DNA of 64,000 nt from an uncultured Acidobacteriota bacterium (GCA_963843575.1 CAWJKZ010000010.1:480001-544000), one strand, 5' to 3'; positions 43,658 to 53,901 are shown, counted from the first letter of the stretch. Notes: a model not told the origin generated them from the letters alone. Translations and numbers: made by a program.

Positions 43658-43979
43658 CAAGTGGGTCCGGGCTTCAGAGACTGTCCGACGTTTGACGTTC
43701 AATCGGACGAACTGAAGTAATCTGGAGTGCGGCGCCACGGCCGCCACGGGGCCGCTTTCACTCGTCCTACGGCAGGAATGCTCGGCGCCTCGGCGCCACG
43801 CCGAATTGCGAGAAGCGACCCTGCGACCTCGGCCTTTGGTGGCGTCGAGCGGCCGCACTTCACAATCAACCGTTGGACAGCCTCTTCAGCCCGGACGCTG
43901 TTTGCGGTCGCTATAGCGTGCGCCCGTCGCCACTTAGATCAGATCAAAAGACGTCCGGGCTGAAGCCCGGACCCACTTG
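43658..43979. repeat. REP-B inverted doublet, filled form (interrupted by the MITE)
   Basis: CAAGTGGGTCCGGGCTTCA[insert]TTCAGCCCGGAC-spacer-GTCCGGGCTGAAGCCCGGACCCACTTG. Confidence 0.85.
43677..43884. mobile_element. 208-bp non-autonomous TIR element (MITE) carrying a REP-A doublet
   Basis: TIRs GAGACTGTCCGACGTTTGA and, on the reverse complement, GAGGCTGTCCAACGGTTGA (16/19 match). Flanked by direct TTCA at 43673-76 and 43885-88. REP-A at 43723-43862. Confidence 0.8.
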
Positions 43980-44004
43980 TCCCTTTTTGGCTGCCTCTCA
44001 CGCC

Positions 44005-46005
44005 TTACGTGACTATGTTGAAGTGCTCGATGTGCAGGGTCGGGTCCGACTTGACCACGACGTCACGCTTCACCAGGTGGCGAATCTCCTCGACGACGGA
44101 AGACTCGGACTCACGCAAGGCCCGGGCCACGTCCGGGTGGACGCGGATCATCAGCTCGGCGCGCCCGTCGACCATGTGCCGCATTTTCTCGATTTCGTGA
44201 TAGATCGTGTAGCAGGTCGTGGCCACGGACTTGACCAGGCCGGAGCCCCCGCAGTAAACGCACGACTGACACAGGGTGCGCTCCAGCGACTGTTTGACCC
44301 TCTTGCGGGTGATCGCCACCAACCCGAACTCGTTGAACTCGAGGATCTTGTTGGGTGCCTTGTCCCGCGTGATCTCCAGTCCCAGAGCCTCCATCACCCG
44401 CTTGCGGTTCTTGCGCTCGTCCATGTCGATGAAGTCGATGACGATGATGCCGCCGAGGTCGCGCAGCCTGATCTGTTTGACGATCTCCTTGACCGCCTCC
44501 AGGTTGGTGCGTGTAATGGTTTCTTCGAGGCTGTTGCCCCGCCCCACGAACTTCCCTGTGTTGACGTCGATCGAGACCAGCGCTTCCGTCTGGTTGATGA
44601 CAATGTAGCCGCCGGACTTAAGCCAGATCTTGGGCTGCAGGAGCTTCTCGATCTCTGGTGAGATGCCGAACTCGTCAAAGATGTATGTGTCCTTCGTGTA
44701 GAGCTTTACCCGGTGAACGAGGTTCGGGAAGATCTTGTCGACAAACTCGACCATGCGCTGGTATTCCGTCTCGTCGTCGACCCGGATCGCCGCGAACTCG
44801 AAGGAGAACTGGTCCCGCAGCAGGCGCTGCACCAGGTTCAGCTCCGAATGGATCAGGGCCGGGGCGGAGACCTTCTCCGAACGCGTGCGTACGTCGTCCC
44901 AGATCTTGACCAGAAAATTCAGGTCGTTGACCAGATCCTCCTCGCTGTGTTCTTCCGCGGCCGTGCGCACGATGACGCCTCCGGGGAAGCCGTTCCGGTG
45001 TTTGAGGATGATGTCCTTGAGACGGATCCTTTCGGCCTCCGAGGCGATCTTGCGCGACACGCCGATGTGCTCGACCGTCGGCATGTACACCAGGTAGCGG
45101 CCCGGCAGGGCCACATGGCTGGTCACGCGGGCCCCTTTCTTTCCGATCGGCTCCTTGGCCACCTGGACGAGGATCTCCTGGCCTTCCCTGAGCATGTCGT
45201 CGATGGACTGGTGCTCCGTGTGGCGGGTGTGGCGCGCGGCCGTGTACCGCTTGCGCCGTGCCGCGGGGCCACGCCTGCGCGCGGCCAATGCGCTATGCTG
45301 CTCCTCGTCGGCGGAGTACGGAGCAAGATCCCCGTCTTCGCGGATGGATGCGCTTTCGAGTGGGGGCAACTCCGCCTGGCCGGCCGGCTCCGGAGAAGCA
45401 AGTGGTTCCTCGGGTGCCCCCGGTTCGGCGGTGGGGGGTTCCGCAACAGTCACCTGTGGCATGGGATCCGGTGAAAGCGTCAGTTCGGCGGGGCAGGGAA
45501 TCGGGGAAGGCTCGGCAAGCTCCGGGTTCAAGAGCGCAGTCCCGGCGGCCCGATCCGTCTCGGCCCCCAGATTGAACAATTCGGCGGGCGGGGCCGCTTC
45601 GGCTGTCGTCGCGGACGCCGCAGGCTGGCGATACCCCTCGCGCTCACGACGTTCTTTCCAGCGTGGCCTTTCCGGGCGGCGTTCGCGCCTCTGCGGTTTC
45701 TCCTGGACCTCTGCCTCCGCCATCACCGTGGCGACCTGCTCCTCGGCATCGGTCAGGACCTTGTCGTACTCCTCGTTGTCCTCGATGAAGTCGGACACAT
45801 ACAGGAACGCGTCCTTCTCCAACCCGATGTTTACGAACGCAGACTGCATCCCGGGCAGGACCTTTGTGACCCGCCCGGTGTAGATGTTTCCGAGAATCCC
45901 GCGGCTCCGGTTTCGTTCGATGTACAGCTCGGCCAATTGATCGTCTTCAAGAATCGCCACCTTCGTTTCCAGCGCCGTGCTGGAGACGATCATCTCCTTT
46001 ATCAT
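44005..46005 (-). CDS. Rne/Rng family ribonuclease with a long low-complexity insertion in the S1 region
   Basis: GNIYTGRV.KVLPGMQSAFV, QVAKEPIGKKGAR, IDVNTG and DLGGIIVIDFIDM. GGAG precedes the ATG at 46005. Confidence 0.93.
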   Translation of the reverse strand: MIKEMIVSSTALETKVAILEDDQLAELYIERNRSRGILGNIYTGRVTKVLPGMQSAFVNIGLEKDAFLYVSDFIEDNEEYDKVLTDAEEQVATVMAEAEVQEKPQRRERRPERPRWKERREREGYRQPAASATTAEAAPPAELFNLGAETDRAAGTALLNPELAEPSPIPCPAELTLSPDPMPQVTVAEPPTAEPGAPEEPLASPEPAGQAELPPLESASIREDGDLAPYSADEEQHSALAARRRGPAARRKRYTAARHTRHTEHQSIDDMLREGQEILVQVAKEPIGKKGARVTSHVALPGRYLVYMPTVEHIGVSRKIASEAERIRLKDIILKHRNGFPGGVIVRTAAEEHSEEDLVNDLNFLVKIWDDVRTRSEKVSAPALIHSELNLVQRLLRDQFSFEFAAIRVDDETEYQRMVEFVDKIFPNLVHRVKLYTKDTYIFDEFGISPEIEKLLQPKIWLKSGGYIVINQTEALVSIDVNTGKFVGRGNSLEETITRTNLEAVKEIVKQIRLRDLGGIIVIDFIDMDERKNRKRVMEALGLEITRDKAPNKILEFNEFGLVAITRKRVKQSLERTLCQSCVYCGGSGLVKSVATTCYTIYHEIEKMRHMVDGRAELMIRVHPDVARALRESESSVVEEIRHLVKRDVVVKSDPTLHIEHFNIVT

Positions 46006-46748
46006 GTTTGGCTCCAATGCACTGCTGATAAACGGCTTCGCGGCGGGATTTGGCGGGACAACCGGCAGTATTCCACGTAGGGGCAAGCCCCTGACGGGAA
46101 ACCGGCGCCCTGGGGGCTGCCGGTGCGGAACACCTGACTCCGACCTTATCGGAGGCCTTGTTTTGTCTTTCGGGTCACCTGCTAAGCAAGTCGTTGATGA
46201 CCGGTCCTGATCCGGATCCAAACTCTCGATGCTCCCCGGGGAAACGGATTATGTCGGTCCGTATTCCTGGCCATCGCCGCCGGGGGAGTCGTCCAAGGCG
46301 CCTCCATAAAGTCGGTAGGGGCGCAAAGTCGTCTCAGGGCCGGGGAAAACCCTGTGTGGTCAAATCTTTCCCCGAAAAACAGATCCCAAAACCGCGAACA
46401 GTCGCTCTTCAGATTCGTGCGAAGTTATGGTTCGTTACCTCAAATTCGACAGACATTTCGGAAGTGCACGCCGGAGCGGCACCAGTCCGGGGGGCGGGGC
46501 GTTTCGGGTTCTGTCATGTGCCCGGAGATCGCCTGTTTCGACTCGCCCGATTCGGACGTTCTTTTGCGCGATCGGCTGCATCGCTGTGCGAGGAAAAATC
46601 CAACCTCGCTCTAAAACCCCAATGATAGGTGAGTTAGAGGTCAAATGCAACCCAGGAAGTGGGCCGGGGAGGCGGGCAACTGGAAATCCGGGAGGGGGAG
46701 CAGGGTTCCCCGGCGCCGGCGCGAACGGGGCCGGGGCCAATTCATCGC

Positions 46749-47840
46749 TCAGTTGACGTACCTGCGCATGTTGATATTCATGCAAAGGCTCATCGCCGCG
46801 AAAGACGAGATCAGCGCCGACCCCCCGGCGCTCACGAATGGAAGGGGGATGCCCGCGATGGGGAGCAGTCCAAGAACCATCCCGACATTTATGAAGATGT
46901 GAAAGAGGAAGAGCGACAGCACCCCCACTATGATCATTGTCCCGACTTTGTCCTTGGCGTCGCGGGCCGCCCACAGCAGCCGGAAGGACACGAACAGGAA
47001 GAGGATCAGCAGGGCCATGCTGCCTACGAACCCGAGTTCCTCGGCCAGCACGGCGAAGACGAAATCGGTGTGCCGGGCGGGAAGGAACCCGAGTTGGCCC
47101 TGGGAGCCCTGTTTGAATCCTTTCCCGAGAAAACGCCCGGACCCGATGGCGATCTTGGATTGGATCGTCTGGTATCCCAGGTGGCGCGGGTCGTTCGCAG
47201 GATTCAGGACGGTCTGGATGCGTCCCCGCTGGTAGTCCTTGAGCATCAGCCAGCCGAGCGGAGCGGCGATCACCCCCGCCAGCAGCAGCACAATGATGTG
47301 CCTCTGCTTGATCCCGGCCAGAAACGACAGCCCGATGTAAATGGGGATGAATGTGACGGCGGTGCCCAGATCTCCCTGCAGCACAACCAGGAGCATTGGG
47401 GCGAGCACGATCAGGCCGCCGATAAACAGTTCATGCAGGTCGAGTTGTTCGCGGTCCGACTCCGAGTAGTACTTGGACAGCGCGAGAACGACGACGACCT
47501 TCATCAGTTCCGAGGGCTGCACGCCGAATCCCGCCAGGCTGATCCAGCTCTTGTTGCCATGGCTCGTGTGCCCGAAGAAGAGCACCAGGACGAGCACGGC
47601 CAGCCCGGTGAGATAGATGAACGTGATGAAGTCGGAGTAGATGTGGTAGTCGAAGTAAAGCAGGACGGCGAACACGAGCAGGGCCAGACAGACGTAGGTG
47701 AGCTGGCGGCCGAAATAAGAGTTGAGGCTCGTGCCTTCCGTCGTACTCCAGATGGCCGCGACGCCAGCCGCTGTCAGCAGCAGCACGGCGAGCAGCCAGA
47801 GCCAGTCGAAGCTGATCAGAAGTCGCCGGTTGAAGATCAT
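46749..47840 (-). CDS. rodA: Rod shape-determining SEDS protein
   Basis: QPSELMK, QGDLGT, GYQTIQSKIAIGSG, HTDFVF and GIPLPFVSAGGS. ATGA overlap with mrdA. Confidence 0.95.
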   Translation of the reverse strand: MIFNRRLLISFDWLWLLAVLLLTAAGVAAIWSTTEGTSLNSYFGRQLTYVCLALLVFAVLLYFDYHIYSDFITFIYLTGLAVLVLVLFFGHTSHGNKSWISLAGFGVQPSELMKVVVVLALSKYYSESDREQLDLHELFIGGLIVLAPMLLVVLQGDLGTAVTFIPIYIGLSFLAGIKQRHIIVLLLAGVIAAPLGWLMLKDYQRGRIQTVLNPANDPRHLGYQTIQSKIAIGSGRFLGKGFKQGSQGQLGFLPARHTDFVFAVLAEELGFVGSMALLILFLFVSFRLLWAARDAKDKVGTMIIVGVLSLFLFHIFINVGMVLGLLPIAGIPLPFVSAGGSALISSFAAMSLCMNINMRRYVN

Positions 47841-49688
47841 TGATTGCCCCTGGCCGGAACCCCGCCCAGCTGTGTCAAGAGCTCCGGGTGGTCGTGTTTG
47901 GCGAAATAAGCCCGGAAGATTTCCCTGGCCAGCGGCGCGGCCGCGACTCCCCCCTTGCCGCCGTGTTCGACGAATGCGACCACGGCGATTTCCGGGTTGT
48001 CGCGGTTGGCAAAACCGACAAACCACGAATGGTCTTCAAACTCCGAGAGGTCCCCGCGGAACTCCTTCTTGCGCTCGTTGCTCATGACCTGCACTGTGCC
48101 GGTCTTGCCGCAGATATCCAGTCCGGGGATGGCCGCGTTGTGACCGGTCCCCCAGTTGTTGACGCTGCCCCACATTCCTTCCCTGATGTGGCGCGTTCCC
48201 TCGGGATCGAGCTCGATCCGGCGTTCGGGCCACTGCAGGGTCGTGTCTTTCAGACGCTCGGCGCGCAGCAGGACGTGAGGGGTGGTCACATTCCCGCCCA
48301 CGGCGATGGCGCTGATGGCCCGGAGGATCTGGAGCGGCGTCGTCGTGACATACCCCTGACCGATGGAAACCGAGATCGTTTCCCCGGCAAACCACTTCGC
48401 CCCGCGCGCCTGCTGCTTCCACTCGGGGGAAGGCATTACGCCTGTGCGCTCGCCCGGGAGATCGATGCCGGTGCGTTCGCCCAGCCCGAGCTCGTGCGCG
48501 TGCTCGGCGATCTTGCCTATCCCCATGCGTCTGCCGAGCTCGTAGAAGAACACGTTGCAGGACCGGGTGATGGCGTCCTCGACGCCGATCGTGCCGTGCC
48601 CCTGCTTCTGCCAGCAGTGGAATACGCGGTTGTAGAAGACTGCGGCGCCGGAGCAGTGGATCCGCGTATCGTCCTGGACCAGGCCTTCCTGGAGCCCCGC
48701 ATGCGCCATGATGAGCTTGAACACGGATCCGGGGGAATAGGCGTTCTGAATAGCCCGGTTCTGCAGGGGCTTGTCCGGGTCGTTGATGAGCAGGGTCCAG
48801 TCCTGCTCGGAGATCCTGGTCGAGAAATGGTTCGGATCGAACGACGGTGTGCTCGCCATCGCCAGGATCTCGCCGTTGCGCGGATCCATCGCGGCCACCA
48901 CCCCGACTTTTCCGGCGAGCACCTGCTCGGCCGCGGACTGCAGGTCGAGGTCGATCGTGAGCTGCAGTTCCCCTCCGATGGTCGAATCGACCTCCTCCAG
49001 CAGACCGACCTCTCTGCCGAGGCTGTCGACGAGGACTTGACGGCGGCCGTCTTCACCCACGAGGCACTGGTTGTAGACCCGCTCGACGCCCGACTTGCCC
49101 ACCAGATCCCCGGGCTTCAGCCCGGGAAATACGCCGTTGGCGAGGTCCTGTTCCGGGATTTCACCGACGTAGCCGAGGACGTGCGCGGCGAGGTTGCCGT
49201 GCCGATAGAGCCGTCGAGGCTCGGGCCCCAACTGGATCTCGGGGTGATCCCGCTTGTGCGCTTCGACGACCGAAAGGTCCTCGATCCCGATGTCTTCCTT
49301 GATGACCAGCGGCCTGTACAGGCCGCTGCCCCGGCTACGCGCCAGCCGCGCGGCCAAGGTCGTCGGGCCGCACGCCGAGCTTTTGCGTGATGAACGCGGT
49401 CGTCGATGGCAGGTCTTTGATCGACTCCCGGTAGAGCAGGATGTTGAATGAGGGCCTGTTCTCCACGAGGGGGGTGTTGTTGCGGTCGGAGATCGTGCCG
49501 CGCGGGGCGACGATCTGGATCGTCCTGACACGGTTCCGCTCGGCCCGCAGGGCGTACTCGGCCCCGTCGAGGATCTGCAGCTGCCACAGGCGAGCCCCCA
49601 GCAAAAGGAAGAGGCCGGCCATGGGGTAGAAGATCCAAACCAGGCGCTGCTGAATCTGCTGCCTGTTGCTTTCCGGCTGAAGACTCAC
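47837..49688 (-). CDS. mrdA: Penicillin-binding protein 2; apparent +1 indel near 49355
   Basis: APRGTISDRN, AAHVLGYVG, PGSVFK (SxxK), SCN (SxN) and KTG. Confidence 0.92.
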
Positions 49689-49689
49689 T

Positions 49690-50175
49690 TCAACTTGCTC
49701 TCCGGGCGTGCGACTGGTTGTAGTTGTCGAGGCCGCCGAAGACGACGACTCCGACACTGGCGGTTATGAGCGCCTGGACCAGGGACGCGCCGAGGTAAAC
49801 GCCGCTGAACGTGTGCTGGAGGAGTGCGAAGAGGGCGAACATGCTGAGGGAACTCAGGGCCGAGGACGCGGCAATCAGAACGAAGCGGATCCAGGTCTCC
49901 TCGGTGTTGAAGCGCTTCGCGGCCTGCCCGATCATAAAGGCCGCAAGGGTTTTGCCGAACCCGTTGTATCCGAGCGGCCAGCCAAAGACCGCGTCGAGCA
50001 GGATACCGGTGAGCGAACCCACAAACAGCGCCTGCGTCCGGCTCCGGTAGATCGCCCAATAGGCGATCAGAATCAGTGAGAGGTCGAGGAAGTTGAAGAG
50101 GAAGAAATTGCTGCCCGCGATCATCTGCGCCACGATCGCGAGGAACGAGGACACAGCCAGAAAAACGTACTTCAT
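49690..50175 (-). CDS. mreD: Rod shape-determining protein MreD
   Basis: Hydrophobic 161-aa protein with DLSLILI and GILLD, located between mreC and mrdA. Confidence 0.85.
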   Translation of the reverse strand: MKYVFLAVSSFLAIVAQMIAGSNFFLFNFLDLSLILIAYWAIYRSRTQALFVGSLTGILLDAVFGWPLGYNGFGKTLAAFMIGQAAKRFNTEETWIRFVLIAASSALSSLSMFALFALLQHTFSGVYLGASLVQALITASVGVVVFGGLDNYNQSHARRAS

Positions 50176-50324
50176 CGAAGTGCTGCCTGCGCGGACTTAT
50201 GCCACGCCGATCCTGGTGTCAGATGCCAGAAAATTATTGATGAGTTGCGCGCGCGCGCAAAAGCAATGCGATCTTATGACGGAACCGCAGCGAACACAAC
50301 AGTAAACCAACATTAAAATGCAAC

Positions 50325-51197
50325 TTACTTCTCCGCGACAGGGGTTTCGTCGGGGATCGTGGACTCCGGCTTGGCCTGCCCGAGCACGACGAGCACCTCT
50401 TCGAGGTGAATCAGATCGGCGACGGGCGCCACCTGGACGACCCTGAACACCGACTTCCCCTTGCGCGTCTCGACCACACGGCCGACCGGGATGCCCTTCG
50501 GGTAGATTCCATCGAGCCCCGAACTGAGCACGCGGTCTCCCGGTTCGACGCGTTCCGCGTTGCTCAGGTAGTGCAGGTCCAGCATCGTGGTTCCGGTCCC
50601 CTTCAGGATACCGGCGGAGCGTGTGCTCTCGAGCATCACCCCGATGGCTGCGTCGGGGTTGGAAATCAGCTGCACCTGCGAGTCGTGCCGTGACACGAGT
50701 ACGACCCGGCCCACCACGCCCTCGCCGGAGACGACCGGGGAGTCCACCCGCACCCCGTCGTCCGAGCCGCGGTCGATGACCAGGACGTTGGACAGGAAAC
50801 TCGGCGTGCGCCCCACGATGCGGGCGCCTAGGCTCTGCAGGCCCAGCTCCTGGTTGAAGGACAGCAGGCGTTGCAGCCGTGTGTTTTCGTCCTTCATCTG
50901 GGTAAGGGCGCTGTCGCGCAACGTGAGCTGTTGCACCGTCTGTTGGAGTCGCTGGTTCTCCTCCCTCGCCCCGTGCAGCCAAACGTAATTCCGCCAGGCC
51001 GACCCCAGCCCGCGCGAGACGGCCGAAGAGGCGTTGAAAAACGGCGAGCTGGCGAACAACACCCATCGGTTGAACAGCAGTACGCCCGAGGGGTCCTCGA
51101 CCTGCAGCGAGATGAGGGCCAGGTGCAACACGAGCAGCGGGATCAGGACGATCACAGAGCGTCCCTCCCGCTCCTGCGGGGCAAACTCAATGGACAC
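50325..51197 (-). CDS. mreC: Rod shape-determining protein MreC
   Basis: TM segment, coiled coil (ENTRLQRLL), IDRGSDDGV, GVVGRV and SGLDGIYPKGIPVG. Confidence 0.93.
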   Translation of the reverse strand: MSIEFAPQEREGRSVIVLIPLLVLHLALISLQVEDPSGVLLFNRWVLFASSPFFNASSAVSRGLGSAWRNYVWLHGAREENQRLQQTVQQLTLRDSALTQMKDENTRLQRLLSFNQELGLQSLGARIVGRTPSFLSNVLVIDRGSDDGVRVDSPVVSGEGVVGRVVLVSRHDSQVQLISNPDAAIGVMLESTRSAGILKGTGTTMLDLHYLSNAERVEPGDRVLSSGLDGIYPKGIPVGRVVETRKGKSVFRVVQVAPVADLIHLEEVLVVLGQAKPESTIPDETPVAEK

Positions 51198-52212
51198 AGA
51201 TCCTCCGGAGCAACCTCAGGTCCGTCAGCATCTTGCTTGTCCCCAGGACCACCGAAGAGAGCGGGTCCTCCGCAATGAACACGGGGAGTCCGGTCTCCTC
51301 GGCCAGGCGCTTGTCGAAACGCTTCAGGAGTGCGCCCCCGCCGGTCAGGACGATGCCACGGTCCATGATGTCGGCCGACAGTTCGGGGGGAGTCCGCTCC
51401 AGCGCCACTTTGATGGCGTTGATGATGATGGCGATGCTGTCGCTCAGCGCGTCGCGGATCTCGTCGTCGGTGATGGCGATCGTCTTGGGCACGCCCTCGA
51501 TCAGGTTACGCCCCTTGATCTCCATGGTCAGCGGTTTTTCGAGCGGAGCCGCCGAACCCAGCTGGATCTTGATGCTCTCCGCTGTGCGCTCGCCGATCAG
51601 GAGGTTGTGCTTCCTCTTGATGTACTGCATGATCGCCTCGTCCATTTCGTTGCCCGCCACCCGGACCGAGCGGCTGTAGACGACACCGGAAAGCGAGATC
51701 ACCGCGATGTCGCTGGTGCCGCCCCCGATGTCCACGATCATGTTTCCGCACGCCTCCGTTATCGGCATGCCGGCCCCGATGGCCGCGACCATCGACTGCT
51801 CGACCAGAAACACCTCGCTCGCCTTGGCGCGCAGCGCGGATTCCTGGACGGCGCGCTTCTCCACCTGGGTGACTTCCGAGGGGATGCCGATCACGATGCG
51901 CGGGCTCAGCAGGTGATTGCGCTTGTGCGCCTGCTTGATGAAGTACTTCAGCATCACCTCCGTGACATCGAAATCGGCGATCACGCCGTCTTTCATCGGC
52001 TTGACCGCGATGATGTCGGCCGGGGTCCGCCCGAGCATCTCTTTTGCTTCGTGCCCTACCGCGACCGCCCGTTTCGTGTTCCGGTCCAGCGCCACGATCG
52101 ACGGTTCGTTGACGACGATCCCCCTACCCTTGGCGTAAACCAGCGTGTTGGCGGTCCCGAGGTCAATCGCGAGATCATTTGAGAAAAAACCAAATACGGA
52201 TCGAAAGCTCAT
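51187..52212 (-). CDS. mreB: Rod shape-determining actin homologue
   Basis: AIDLGTANT, DGVIADF, DIGGGT and LTGGGAL. Confidence 0.97.
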   Translation of the reverse strand: MSFRSVFGFFSNDLAIDLGTANTLVYAKGRGIVVNEPSIVALDRNTKRAVAVGHEAKEMLGRTPADIIAVKPMKDGVIADFDVTEVMLKYFIKQAHKRNHLLSPRIVIGIPSEVTQVEKRAVQESALRAKASEVFLVEQSMVAAIGAGMPITEACGNMIVDIGGGTSDIAVISLSGVVYSRSVRVAGNEMDEAIMQYIKRKHNLLIGERTAESIKIQLGSAAPLEKPLTMEIKGRNLIEGVPKTIAITDDEIRDALSDSIAIIINAIKVALERTPPELSADIMDRGIVLTGGGALLKRFDKRLAEETGLPVFIAEDPLSSVVLGTSKMLTDLRLLRRICVH

Positions 52213-52218
52213 GACACC

Positions 52219-53616
52219 TTACACAGCCACTTTGATGCTGTTTTTGGAAAGCTCCTTTGCCCGGTACATCGCGGCGTCGGCCTTCTTTATCAGGCCCTCG
52301 GCCGTCAGCGTGTGCTTGGGGCAATTGGCCACACCGAGACTCACCGTCAGCCGGATACTCAGATTCTTGGCGGTGAATTCGTAATCTTCTACCTTTTTTC
52401 GGATGCGCTCCGCAATGATCAATGCGCCGTTGAGCGGAGTTTCGGGCAGGACGATCACAAACTCGTCCCCTCCGTAACGTCCGACGATGTCGGTCTCCCG
52501 CAGAATCCTCCGGAACACCTGCCCCATCTCCGCCAGCGCGTGACTTCCGACGAGATGACCGAAAGTATCGTTTATCCGCTTGAATCCATCAACATCAATG
52601 AACAGAAGCGACACCTTTTTCTTGTACCGGAGGCAGCGTTTCACTTCCGCCTCGAGGAACTGCATCAGGAAACGGTAATTGTACAACCTCGTGAGGTCAT
52701 CCGTAACCGTCAGTCGCTCCGCATTTTCGTACATCGAGATGCTGCGGGCCGCGACCGCCACGGGGCCCGCCAGCGCCTGAAGAAACGACAGCTCCTGCTC
52801 TCCGAAACCGCCGCCTTGATGGTTGAGGACCTCGATAACCCCGGCCTTCTCGCCGCGCCGCTGCAGCGGCACACACATGACGGAGCGGAGGAAAACGCCC
52901 GCGGGGCTGAACGGCACTTTCAGTTCGAATGCATAACGGTTGTTCACGTACGGCTCGCCTGAACGGAGGACGCGCTCCAGGATGGCGCTGTTCGCCTGGT
53001 AGTCGAAGAGGTCGATGTCCCTGATGTTGCCGGTCCCCCATGCCCTCTGGAGGGCCCCCCCGGGGGTGTCCAGGAGATAGACCAGGCATTCCTCCGTGTT
53101 CAGTCTCCGGGCGAGCTTCTGCAGAAGCAGGTTCATCCCGAGCCGTCTGTCGTTCAGGCTCCACGACGATTCGACCGTGTTGACGAACGCCTCAAAGAAC
53201 TCCTGCAGCTCGTCGCACCGCTGACGCACGGCCACCAGGTCGCGCCGGTCCTCCTTCAGGGCGGCGTAGGTCTCCAGCAGGTGCTCGGCCATCGAAACCG
53301 TCATCGGGAACTGCACGAGCGGCACTTCGTCGTGACGAGCCAAGACCCCCGTCGAATCCGGCTGCGCCGAACTGCGGTACCCGATCACCGCCGCCCCGGG
53401 GAAAGCCGCCGCAAGCCTCGGAACCATGTCCGTCTCGTGACGGGCGGGGAAAAACACCGCAAGAAAATCTTCGCGCGCGGCGGGCCGCTCGATCTGTAGC
53501 GAACCCTCCTCGATAAACTCCAGCGGCCAGGGAGCGATCTCGGGCGCCACGTCGTCAAAGACGTGCGGCGCCCGCCCACTGTAGATAACCCCGACTCTCG
53601 ATAGCTCCACGTTCAT
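52219..53616 (-). CDS. GAF-GGDEF diguanylate cyclase (degenerate REC-like N-terminus)
   Basis: GAF (SVMCVPL..GVIEVLN), TDDLTRLYN, DVDGFKRINDTFGH, RETD I-site and an intact GGDEF. Confidence 0.92.
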   Translation of the reverse strand: MNVELSRVGVIYSGRAPHVFDDVAPEIAPWPLEFIEEGSLQIERPAAREDFLAVFFPARHETDMVPRLAAAFPGAAVIGYRSSAQPDSTGVLARHDEVPLVQFPMTVSMAEHLLETYAALKEDRRDLVAVRQRCDELQEFFEAFVNTVESSWSLNDRRLGMNLLLQKLARRLNTEECLVYLLDTPGGALQRAWGTGNIRDIDLFDYQANSAILERVLRSGEPYVNNRYAFELKVPFSPAGVFLRSVMCVPLQRRGEKAGVIEVLNHQGGGFGEQELSFLQALAGPVAVAARSISMYENAERLTVTDDLTRLYNYRFLMQFLEAEVKRCLRYKKKVSLLFIDVDGFKRINDTFGHLVGSHALAEMGQVFRRILRETDIVGRYGGDEFVIVLPETPLNGALIIAERIRKKVEDYEFTAKNLSIRLTVSLGVANCPKHTLTAEGLIKKADAAMYRAKELSKNSIKVAV

Positions 53617-53832
53617 GCGATCCCCAGAATGCATTATGCCGCGGCAGGCCGATCCCAATCGGTGCCTCCGCGCACCGGATCCGCGCTTTTCCGCGGACGC
53701 GGGCGTGCCGGACAGACAATTCCCCTACCGGGTTCTCATCGGATCATCCGGTGACGGCTATTAGCGGACAGACGCAGCAACCGCCAAAGGCATCCGGGGC
53801 AAAGGGCTTTCTGACGGTTGATTCTGACGCCC

Positions 53833-53901
53833 CGGCGCCACCGCGGGCCGACTTTGCAGGGTCGCACCCGCAAGTCGGCGTGGCGCCGAGGCGGCGCTTT
53901 T
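53833..53901. repeat. REP-A internal module (degenerate)
   Basis: GGCCGACTTTGCAGGGTCGCACCCGCAAGTCGGCGTGGCGCCGAGGCG matches the reverse complement of about 43786-43834. Confidence 0.7.
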
